From NCBI GenBank assembly GCA_037379345.1, contig CM074515.1:16182001-16246000 (forward strand): a stretch of DNA of 64,000 nt, given 5' to 3'. Source of the stretch: Perna viridis. Taxonomy: Eukaryota. The notes below the pieces were generated by a model. That model did not search any database. It saw nothing but the letters and a program-made list of their open reading frames with translations, and was not told where the DNA came from. The position numbers were made by a program, and so were the translations under genes. Of the stretch, positions 34,742 to 46,800 are shown one piece after another. How positions within the stretch are numbered: the stretch's first letter is position 1; every line of letters begins with the position of its first letter.

Positions 34742-35844
34742 TCATTGTTCTGATCCATATAGCTTTTTATTCAGCACGCATAATTGTCTGATGAGGCCAT
34801 CGTGTGGTAATATCCTCCGTTTCTTGGCAACCAATGTTGCAGCCTCTGTTATAGTCATACCACGTTTGGTCATCAGATATGCAATGGCCACAGCAGGTGC
34901 CTTTCTATATCCAGCATTGCAAAACATGAACACTTTTCCTGCAAGTGAAGACAATTTGTGTTTGTATACCAAGTCTTTAACTTTTTTTTTAATATAAGCA
35001 ACAATGCAAACTGAAATGACAGAGACTTGCTTCAAAAAACAAAAAAAAAAACCAAACAAATAGCCAGTGCAAGTTTGAATCTATTACAATTCGAGTTGAA
35101 TAATGACATATAATGATATAGTGTTACCGTGAATTGGTTGAGCTCGTTTTAGTTCGTCGTGAAAATTCGTCTGAACAATTGTAAACTTTGTAATGATTAC
35201 TCGGGATTTTCATATATGTGATATACTATAAGGAGAAAAAAAACATGTAACTCAATATACCCCATTACTTAACTATGTAGATTTTCAAATAGATCTAACG
35301 TGTAACAACCAAAAATTTATTCACAATAAGAAAAAATCAATTTTATTCGTATTGTTGTTTATTGTTCTTTTGTTACAACCAAAAATTACAGAAAATGTTC
35401 ACCCCGTCAAGAGATCGATAATATAAGTCAAGCACTACTGCTGGACCTTAAGGATCGTGAACCACTAATTATTATCTTTTTAGTTATTTTTTTTGTTACT
35501 ATTCATCATTTACAGCAAAACTGCAAGGTTTACAAACAAAACAAAGGTGCTTTTTCAAAATGACCACCAAATACAAAGTATATGTATCATGTTTCATTGG
35601 TGTCGGGAAATGCTGAGGGCAACAATTCGCCCTATGCATTTTTATTTGATATAACATTTGAGATGTTGTATCTAATATAATTTTTCGGAGTTTTTATTTT
35701 GATAAACCCACTGTTGAAAAATGACAGAGTTTTACCAACAATCGTGAAGGAGGTGGTTAATTTGTTAATGCAGTATTTCAATGCAAATGAATATGAACTC
35801 ACTTCGCTGTAAAGCACTGTTTCTAGTTTTTTTTCGCTACCAAA

Positions 35845-35895
<51 letters not shown>

Positions 35896-36649
35896 AATAA
35901 TTTTGAAATAATTTAAAAAAAATAATGATTTGATCCAACTTTGTCTTACCTCCTTTGCGGACAGTCCTGTCGATTAGATCAGCTGTTTCTATGAATACGG
36001 GTATATAATTCTTCTTAGGTTCGGCCTCATCTGAGATGTCAACCGGATGGTAAAGTAATCCTAAGTCTCGGTAATAATAAGAACTAAGAAACTGTACATC
36101 AAAAGATATTACATCTGTGATCCCCATGTGTACCAACTCTTTCTTATTCTCTGCCTGCATGCTGTCAATTATAAAAGATAGTCCTTATTGCATAAAATAA
36201 CGAGGACACTATTTTGAAAGAGGTGTGAAAAAGAGAAAATGCAAATTGAAAAAAAAATGGGAAAGGTAGGGACGGATCCAGAGATTTTGGAAAAAAAATG
36301 TGTTAGAAGGGTTTCAGAATATAGTGTTCCAGGCTATTGTTTGTTAATTTTGCCTTCTGAATTTTGCACAAAATGGACAAAAAAATTTCCAAAAAAAAAT
36401 GTAAAAAAATCCCCGGACCCCAATGACCCGTCACTGACAGGAGAATTTCTTATCTAAATATTTTTTGCAAACTAGTACTCACTCGGTTCCAATAAAAATA
36501 TCCGGGTAGAATTCCGTACAATGTGTCATTTTCGCGTCGGCATCTCTGTCTTTGAGATAATTGGCGACAGACAGAAACAAATCATTGTCATAATCCATAG
36601 CTTCCCTGGTCAATGTCTGACTAATATACATTAAAAGGCTCTTTGTCAT
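34742..36649 (-). CDS. Atypical dual-specificity phosphatase (DUSP3/13/26-like), 3 exons, 191 aa, divergent P-loop
   Basis: Exons (minus): 36649-36483 (...HCTEFYPDIFIGT), 36161-35950 (MGITDVI...YYRDLGLLYHPVDISD...TADLIDR), 34938-34742 (GKVFMFCNAGYRKAPAVAIAYLM...ILPHDGLIRQL). 576 nt, phases consistent. Start Met uncertain; TATAAAA at 36686-36680. Confidence 0.85.
35843..35895. repeat. (AAAT)n microsatellite in DUSP intron 2
   Basis: About 13 tandem AAAT units. Confidence 0.95.
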
Positions 36650-37199
36650 TTAATTTTATGTTGAAAAGTGAAATAAACATTTTATAAGGAAAGTGTTTAT
36701 ATTTCAATTATGGGGTGCTGTAAACAAGGGGGCTATTTGAACCATACTCTCAAACAAGATATGTACACTTTCTTAGTATTTACTTTTAGAAAATTAACGT
36801 GATTTGAGTACACATCATCGTCATTTCACAGACATTTAATAGTTTATGTATTTATAACATGCTTGCATTGTAAGTGTTTCTTGACTTCCCAACCTTTGAA
36901 CTTGATTAAATGTCATATGAACTTTATTGAAAAATACATAAAAGTACTCTGAACAGGATATAACACTCACATCTAAATAAGTGACTGCCTCGTGGAAAAG
37001 GTGTTTCGCATGTACAATGGTGGAGTTCAGTGATAGCAAACAGTGGCCGTTGCTTTTCATTAAAAACCTGAATATTTCCTCTGCATGTCTATAGAAGCAA
37101 GGAAACGCAAATACTCGTCAAAGGTGATATTTGCAGAGTAAAGACGTTTTTTCCTGTACTTTATCTAATCATCACAATGTAAATATCGGTAGAACCACG

Positions 37200-40100
37200 C
37201 TAATATTTACCATCACCAAACCAACACTCAACATAACAATAAAATTGTCAGGCATATCAACCTTAACTAAATAAATAAAGTAATAATGTAGAAAATGTTA
37301 TTGGAACATAACTTTTTTTCGAGTGTAATATCGTGACCGAGAAAAAAACTGGCACATATTACTATGAAGTTAAGTCCTGTTATGTAAGCGACACTGACAC
37401 CGAACACTGTACTTCATTTATTCATATTTATATCTATGAAATAAGATATCTTATTAAAATTCTTTATCGTATTTCATATAGTAAAAAGCTCTTTTTAAAT
37501 TAACTTATAGAGTTCTTTTTAAAAGATATCTTCTAAAGTATATGAGATTTATTTTATAAATTGACTACTGTTCATCGCTGTATTTCTAAAACGTGAAAAG
37601 TCACTATCATTCTCCATGGTTTCTGCCTATTGCTTGTTCGCATAAATCATTACATGCTGTTTCACTACTCGTTTCCATAGGATTTTACAAGGAAAAGTCA
37701 TGTCTCCAATGAAATGTTCAATGGAGCTCATGAGATCGTACTTCTGGAAGAGCGTAAAGCAGTCGGAAATAAAACCAAACGAAGTACATGTATGTTCTTT
37801 ACTTCTCGGGTAATTGTAAAGCCTATATAAGAATATACATTTGGTGACGGTCTCTGTTCGAAGTGTTGTAAGTTTTTGGAAGAATTTAATCTTTCTAATG
37901 TCAATTTCATACAAAATATCGTGGTAGCCTAACATGCTTTCTACCATTTTTGATTTTGTGCATTTCCGCAGACCTTGGATGTGTTGAAATATCCTCAATG
38001 CCTGAATGTTACGTACTGTGACATAGCATTCCATAGATCACATCCTTATAGAACTGATTTACGACGATTTTGCCGATACGACAACATCCCGTAAAATAAC
38101 CACCGACTTTTTCGCATGCAGATATGACTGCTTCGTTTGCTTTCAACTGAGTCATGAGCACTATACCAAGATGAATTTGTTTTAGTTGTTTTAATGTCCA
38201 TTTCGCCAATGCCAAAAGTCCAACGAAACGGGAATATAAAGATTTGCTTGTTACGCCTAATTAACAGAATATCGTTTTTTTTAAACACATCTTTATGTAT
38301 TTGTAACAAATGTTCAACTTTTAAACTGACTGGACTCCATGATAATAAGGCAATGTCGTCGGTGAATTAAGGGTATCCGCATGCAATTCCGTTCAGTAAA
38401 ACTACATAGGGCGAACATTCTAAGCTATACAAAAATGTTACTAATGTAAAATTTGTACAAGAAAGTAGATAAGACTCCTCCTCGCCACACACCTCGGTTA
38501 ATTGGAAACCATCATGAACGTTCACTATTCATTATTACCACACTTCTCGTGTTTGTATAGCTTTGGTCAACAATGCGTAACATTGAACCATTAATCCCAA
38601 GATAATATATTTATATAATTTACGAATCAAACCAGCATGCCACATCGTAGCAAAAGCTCGTTTTATGTGAAAAAAATAAAATACAATGCTATTTTTCTCT
38701 AACATTGTCTCAACGGTTTTCGTACACGCAAGTCTATTGTAAAACCTTTTTTTTGTAGAATGACGATAGAAGTGCAATCCGTCTGTACGAGTCACTTTTG
38801 TGCATTGGCTTATTTCCCCCTTCATGAATAGAAATGATAAGCGCCTTCTTCCACGATGACGGGGTAATGCCAATCGCCAATGTTGAGTTAAAGAGTTTCG
38901 TGATGGCGATTATCAATTGTCGTCCAGCATGCCGTATGTGTTGATTTTGAATATAGTAAACACCAGGTGCTTTGTTTAGCTTAAGCTTTTGCCCATGAGA
39001 AAATCCTCCTCATATGTGATTCGACCATTGAGCACTGTGTCTTCTGTTGTATCCGCCATATCACCATATGGAGCATTATATCTGTCGTCATTACTGACGA
39101 ATGTTTCACTATAGTAATTTGCAAAGCATTCTAAAATGTCAGTAGAAAATCGGTAGGCTATATCAGAAACTCTGATTTCTTTACGCATGTGTCGTTTAGT
39201 CTTTTTATTTCTATGCCACATTCTCCAAAATAGACGTATGTCACGCTCTGCGGCTTCATTCTTTTCTTTAGAACTGTTATCTAAGTACTTTTGATAGGCC
39301 GTATCGTACATATTTTTGAATGTTCTTTTCGCATATTTGTAGTTCATGTAAGCCACATATTCAAACCCTGTGCTATCCATATATTCCTCATGTCCCTCGC
39401 AGTCCTGTGATCTTCCCGAACATCTTTTGTACAGTATTGTTTCTGATTTGTATTGAATCTAGTTACTGGAATTGTTTCATTTGCCGAATTGAACTAATGT
39501 GCGAGTGATTTCGGTATTTACTTTTGCTATAGAGTCACAGTGATCAGTATCATCATACTTCATAATGGCACAGCGAATCTTGCAGTCAACATGTAGTTGA
39601 CAATTAACGAAGTTGACAATGATAGCTTTTTTCTTTGTGATCGAATAATGTATGCATGGAAACGGTCAACAGGAATGTTAATTTTGAACAAGTTAAGTAT
39701 ATGATAAGATACCAACTCGGCGTCTTCATTTCTTAATAATACAATGCATGTGCTGACACAAGTCATTAAACGGTTCAGGAACTAAGATATAGTCCAGAGT
39801 AGTCTGTCTATGTGTAAAAGTGTAGCTAGGTCCTTTGCAAAAATCCGCTTTGTTGATTGGAATCAGTGCATGTTTTGCTATTAACAGAAATTTAATATAA
39901 GCCGGGCCGTGACTTGCCATAAAGCACTGAAGAGATTGGAACAGTACCATACTATGCATTAAAATCTTCCGCAAAAATCATTGTACATGTACCCAGATGA
40001 GAGTAGTACATGTACCTATACAAGTCGTTAAGATATTCAACACAGCTACTGTACATATCAATATCTTTTTGTGAGTCGGCAGATACACACCAAACATGAA

Positions 40101-40410
40101 TATTGAACTGTTAGTGTTAGTAACAAATTCAAGCCCGTGAACACATTTTGTAAGGTCAGTTTCAATAACATTTAAACCATTATATATGTCCCGCTGCACA
40201 AGAACAGCACATTTTCCGCTACCAAAAGAAAATCTCAAGTCTAATTTATCGGTCATAACGCAAGTCATAGTTTGGATGAAGTGACTGAAGAAACGAACAA
40301 CATATTTGACAAGATATATACATCACACTTTATTTTTTTCAAGAAGATTGTTCAAACTGTAAGAAGATAAAATTATCCCCTTACATTCCAAGTAAGAATA
40401 GACAGTTCTA
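37200..40410 (-). mobile_element. Degenerate non-LTR retrotransposon (APE endonuclease + RT; CR1/L2-like)
   Basis: Minus strand: LSILTWNVRG (~40405-40376), FGVYLP, YTFTHRQTTLDYILV (APE); GITPSSWKKALIISIHEGGNK...DSYRRIALLS, KRAFATMWHAGL, RGVWRGGVLSTFLY, FTDDIALL (RT). Many frameshifts and stops; 3' boundary approximate. Confidence 0.85.
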
Positions 40411-40812
40411 TTATGGAGATTAGAATAAGCAAAGTTTTCATTGTTTTATTCATTATATGTTCACGCTATCGCCAATCCTGCTTGTTGCAGTTAATTACAA
40501 ACCAACATTCAACTTTGAGAAAAGACGCACTTATGATACAAAATGGATGATTTTTTTTTTGTCATGGACACCCTCTTAACATGATTATATTCACGTAAAA
40601 ATGATTATTTTTTTCATCTATATCATTTTCTGAGTATTTTCAATGTTTTTTTCATATCAATATTGCATAAGTGAGGTACGACTCAACCACGCACTGTAGG
40701 ATTAAAATTTTAAAAGCCGTGGTTAAAGCAACTCGAGCTCGAAATTACAATATATTAATATGGGTTTTTCAAAAACTGGATCTCTGTGTAAATTGTAGAA
40801 GAGGAACCAGAT

Positions 40813-43800
40813 ATGGCAGACGGGAAGCAAGTTGTGGTAGACAAGAAAAACAAATACGACAGACAGCTTAGGTTTGTTTATTTTTTTACAGTTTGCACTT
40901 ATTATAGTACTCTGATGTGCTTCTTCTTTGCACTTCTCACAATCTACTTTGTATTACTGATAAGCAGGTGAGATATTAATGTAAGGATTTGGCCATTTTG
41001 GGCCAAGAGATGACTTTCAGAGATGTGCTTCCAACCTTTTGTTAAATAGTCAAATATAGTATAGGAGAGTTCTCTGTGTTGTCATCACTTACCTATGATT
41101 TGGTTTTGGTTGGCAAAAACCCATTGAGTGGCATGGGGCATCAACTTTAAATCATCATTAGTTACTTTTCCGTTTTTTAAGATAATTGAAAAATTCTTTT
41201 TGGTTCCCTAAACTGCCAATCAAACTCTTTTTATCCATGGAATTTTTAAATCAATATTCAGTAATTAGACTAAATGAGCATAAAATTTTAATTATTATTT
41301 TATATGAAAATAGAGGTTTACATATAAATATCGTTTCAAATTTATTCTTCAAGTAAAACAATTATAAATTCACATGTAAAATATGAATTCTTTTATGTAA
41401 ATGAAACATTTTACAGAACCAAAATTGGATGTAAAATAACAAAGCTATAAAGTTTTGAAAATTGGTATTCTAATCATCAAATTGTTAATTGTTTATTTTG
41501 TTGTTTATTTGCCAACCAATTTGACACTTAATGATATGCAAATTAGTGAATATGACATCACTAATGAGATTGGCGAACTTTCCTATAGTCCTTCATTTTT
41601 CAAGTATAGGACAAACTAAGCTCATAGATTCTGAGAGGAATGGTTGCATCATGTATTGGTTACTGGAACTGCTACTCTAAGTTGTTTAACCCATTCTACA
41701 AAAGAAGGGGTTAATATGAAACAGACACCATGTGGAATGCTCCTCAAGGACAGAATTCTTAACTAACAATGTGCTAACTTGCAATTTTATACAATTCTGA
41801 AAATGGTTCGAATTGTCAGGCATTCATAGGGATGTATCTATGGATGAGACGGATGACATCATTTTAGTAAACACTTCAGCGCTGCCATCTCAAAACAAGC
41901 ATTTCATGATTCTGTTGACTTTCTTGGAAAAAGTTATTTGTTTTGAATTGTTGAAGCTAGCAAATGTTTCCGGAACGGGAAAGGTTCTCAATCTTATTTA
42001 CAATAATTACTAACTCATGGCTAAGTACCATGTACACTACACTCAGCGACTTTTGTTTCTCTAACACTCAAGTTGGAGTTTTAACCCTTAAGCTGCTATA
42101 TGCTACTATTGTCGTTCCGATATTTTGATGGAAAATTGTTACACGCGACTATTGTCATTTTCGAAAATAAGTTGTTTAAGTTCGTTCCTAGACAAGGAGG
42201 GAATTCGGGAAGCAGTAATAAAGGAAATAAATTATATTATATGTTTTGATTGGTCCAAATCTTGCGTATTTCAAGATTCTCGGATGTTTTTATGAATTAC
42301 AAGGATAAAATTGAAAGTAAATACTTTTGATGAAAAATATCTCAAAATGGTGGCTGCTGATTTGAGTAACGATTATGAAGTTGCCATTTTTTCAACGAAG
42401 TGAAGACGATGATGCCAAATTCGAACATTTGGGACCAGAGAAGATGAATCTTAATTGAAATATACTTTGCAATTTATCCCTGCGTGATTTTTCTCCGCAT
42501 TCTGATTGGGATTCCCCCAACGACCTCTGCAATGGATGAGTGCAAAATGACAGGGAGGTTTACTGGAAAAGCAAAATCGAACAAAGACTTTATGCCTTAT
42601 GGAACTCCTTTGGATTCTCTAAAACTGTTTATTGATGATTACTTATAACTGTCATAGTTGGTGAAATGAACTGATATGTAGAAAAGAGGGACGATGATAA
42701 TTTTTTCAGCATTTCTTTGATGTTTTCATAGTAAACAAGTTAAAAAAAAATAGGAAGTACAAGCTGCTAGCCCAGACCATAGTTTAGTTTACTATTTTCT
42801 ATATGTTCAACTATTTTTACCAAAAAGTTCAAAATCTAGTAGGCATGGGCTGCTGGGTGACTGCTAATTTTTATCCCTGCTTGATATATACCTGGGACTT
42901 TTAACTTTTTAATGTGTGAAACATGTTTTCAGAAGTTTTATGTTTGTAAGTGTTTAATTATTATGAAGTCTTATGTTTATGGAATTGTTCCAAGTATTAA
43001 ATCATCAAAACTTATATTATCTCACATTCATTTGCACCTGGACAGGTAAATATTGCAGATGGGAACAAACAAATGTGAAAATATGACACTATAGAATCCA
43101 ACAATACTTTTATAGGTCTAAGATTAATAATAACAAAGATATGCTCATTCAAACAGTAAGCACAATTAGTCATTTTTCAATTTTTTTATGCAGCATTACA
43201 CAATTAAACAATAGAAAATAGCATAGCAGCTTAAGAGTTAAATCTGTGTTTGTTGGTGAAACACCGTGACATGGTGAAAAGTGAGTGTTACACTCACCCA
43301 TCTGGGACATTGTATATTCCTGTTGTTTATTGTTTATGGAGAATCAGTGACCTGGGTGTGAAATTCACCCACCATGGTGAAGTTAATCTCATTGATCTCT
43401 GCCGACCAAATGGACATTTGTACATATAAAATAAAAGTAAATATCTGACATCTTGCCAAAATTTTTTAGGACCCATTGTAAATAACAAGATGCTAAATTT
43501 TCATTTTCCAATTTTTGATCTTCTCTAACATTTAGCTCCCTCAGGTGCATTCAAATATATCATGTTAAAAGGATCAAATTTTCAATAAAAAATGAACCAA
43601 AATAAGGTACGTGTAGGTATGTTATGCATTATTATGAGTCAAAATTGGTCAGAAACTGAGCTAGTCGAAACAATCAAACATTGTATGCTAAAAAATTTCA
43701 AGTAAGCTTTATCTTCTGTCTAGGTTTAAAAAGTATCTAAACTTAGAAACAAGGAAACTGTTTTACTCAGGATATATTCTCTCATTAAGTGTCTGTTGTA

Positions 43801-46800
43801 GTTCTACATGTATTTGGGACAATTGTACAAAAGAAAATTTACAACATGTACTTATACTACAAAAGAGGGCAGCTAGGCTTATACTTGATGCAAAATTCTG
43901 TGCCCCATCCAGCCCCCTTTTTAATTTTTAGTTTAGGTTGGCTAACTGTTGAGAATAGAATTATACATCGCAAGTGCTTTTCTTGATTGATCATCAAATG
44001 GGTTAGCTCCATCTTATTAGCAGATAAAATAAAATTTTTGTTTGAAGTAAATCCATACTGTTCACAAAATGCCATAAACAATGCTATTTTTATTCCTAAA
44101 TCTCAGACAGAACTATCGAGATATTCTGGCCCATCTCATTGGAATACCCTCACAAATGAAATAAGAAGTTGAAAAGGAATAAGTCTTCTTAAGCAGAAAT
44201 TAAATATCTTCCTAATAGAACAAAGGACTAAAGAATAATTCAATTTTATTTACATGTTTTATAATGTTAAGTGATAATCTTGTTTGAATGCATTTATGTA
44301 TAATTTACTAGTACTCATTTAGTGGCATCATAATTAACTTCTTTATTTTTGTTTCTATTGTGCGAGGGCTTCAGGGAAGATTATAGGTAAACTATCTGTG
44401 TTACCTTCTAAAAATGAAGTATTATTAATATTATTATTGTAATTAATGGTAGTCCTTGCAGAAATGAAAATGTAATTGTATTTATTTTATGTACTGAACA
44501 AATGTGGAGATAGATGTATATTGCCAAAGGTTATTGGACATACATGTAAATGGAATCTGCTGTAAGAATTGGTCTATACAAGAGTAAATGTCATGCATAT
44601 AGTCCTGATATTAAGATGCAGTATAAAACAATATGATTTTCTTGAATTTTCTGCCCACATCTTGTGGGAATTGGGGCATCAAAAATTACTGATGTACTTT
44701 TGAATGTAGCTTAGCATACTTGTACAAGAAATAGCTAATTTCCATTGAAGTATGCACATACAAATTGTGTGCTTTCTGTGTTTACTTATTGTTTTTAAAT
44801 ATTTCAGATTATGGGGAGACCATGGACAATCTGCTCTAGAGTCTGCATGTGTTTGTCTTGTCAATGTTTCTGCAGTTGGTACAGAAATACTCAAAAATAT
44901 GATTTTACCAGGTAGCAATTTTAATTTTTTTGTTTTTTGTTTGGTTCTAATTGCTCAAAAATCTCAAAGATCACATGATTTGCAATTGAACTTGCTATTT
45001 AAGGTTTAAACACAAATATCCCATCAATAGCAAATGATATGGATTCAACATTCCATTTAAGGTTGTTTTAGGAGTTAACAATGATGGATTTATCAAATTA
45101 AAAAAAAAAATAAGGTCAGGCTGACAGATACATTTAACATAATACATGTACATACATTGAATTCTATCTAATTTAATATAGTTACACTAGATATGAAAAG
45201 CATTATGAAAGTCAATTAAACTGATAATATTTTCTGTTGTGAAAGTTTGTTTTAAATACAGAACAGGTTCTATCAGCTGTTTTTGTTGTTGTATTTCATT
45301 GATAACCTCTGTTTTAAAAGTTAAATTTTTTTCTATGTAATCAGGAATAGGATCGTTTACCATTGTGGATGGTAGTAAAGTTAATGGAGAAGATGTTGGG
45401 AACAAGTTAGTACTTTTTGATTAACTTCATGTAATAGTGTTGTATGATTGGTTCAAGTATGGTTAAAATCTGTCTGATAAATAGTAATACACACTGTGAC
45501 TTGTTTAAAAATGTTGAACTGGCTAATTAAATATGACTGTATAAAATCTGTATATGTGTGGCATGAGTCTAGAAAACAATGTTTTAGGCTTTCGTTTTCT
45601 TTTTTATTTGTTCTTACAAAAAAGTATCAAAGATAATAAAACACAAAACTGTGGATGGACATACACTGCTGATTTATTTCTGTAATATATAGACCTAATT
45701 TTTGATTACCATTGTAGCTTCTTCTTGACCAAAGACAGTATTGGAGAGGTAATGTACATATTGGAGAGGTAATGTATCTATTGGAGAGGTAATGTATCTA
45801 TTGGAGAGGTAATGTACATATTGGAGAGATAATGTACATATCGGAGAGGTAATGTACATATTGGAGAGGTAATGTAGATATTGGAGAGGTAATGTATCTA
45901 TTGGAGAGGTAATGTATCTATTGGAGAGGTAATGTACCTATTGGAGAGGTAATGTATCTATTGGATAGGTAATTTACCTATTGGAGAGGTAATGTATCCA
46001 TTGGAGAGGTAATGTACCTATTGGAGAGATAATGTACCTATTGGAGAGGTAATGTACCTATTGGAGAGGTAATGTACCTATTATAGTTGATCTGGTAACA
46101 TAGATATCTTTTTAGAAAGAACTCATTTACAGCTATGTCAACTGATATATAGAAGGTTTTGAGAAATAAAAAAAGCTGTGTTTGTGTACTTTTTTGTAAT
46201 ACTGTAATGAGAAAATCCATTCAATTTATTTGTACATGTACCAAGAATTTTAAGAAAACACATATATTGTTATGGTTTTTCAAGTACAGCATACCTTTAA
46301 ATTATCTATGAAAAGGTACTTCCAGCTTCTGATGTATATAAAAAAAACAATAAACAAATCTGATATAAGTTGCCATGGAAATCAGATAAATACAACACAA
46401 ATTTGTAGTAAAGTTTTTGATTGAGTTCTCTGTTACATTTATAGTCTCGAGCCAAAGCTGCAGCTGAGCTACTGAGTGAGTTAAATGATGATGTTACAGG
46501 AGATTATGTGGAAGAGGTAATAGCAGTCAAATTTATATATCATATTCAATCAAATTGATCTGTATTACATTGTACAATGATAATCTGCTGATAAAATAAT
46601 GTTGCTACAATGCCATGGTCTCCAACCCTAAAAAAGAAATCTTTGATAAGGAGATACCATTATCATCCATGATATTGAGTTGTAAATAGTCTGATTCAGT
46701 CAATCAGAAAAAAAGTTCTTGCTTTTCTTTATTCTGTGTTACATTGTTAATTCACTATAGTATTTCAGATAATGTATGATTTGTTAATAATATGTTATTT

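Noticed and set aside
45741-46080. CRISPR-like appearance of regularly spaced repeats (also 50345-50725 and 59672-60097)
   Set aside because: Units are head-to-tail with no unique spacers, there are no cas genes, and the context is eukaryotic introns; these are minisatellites.
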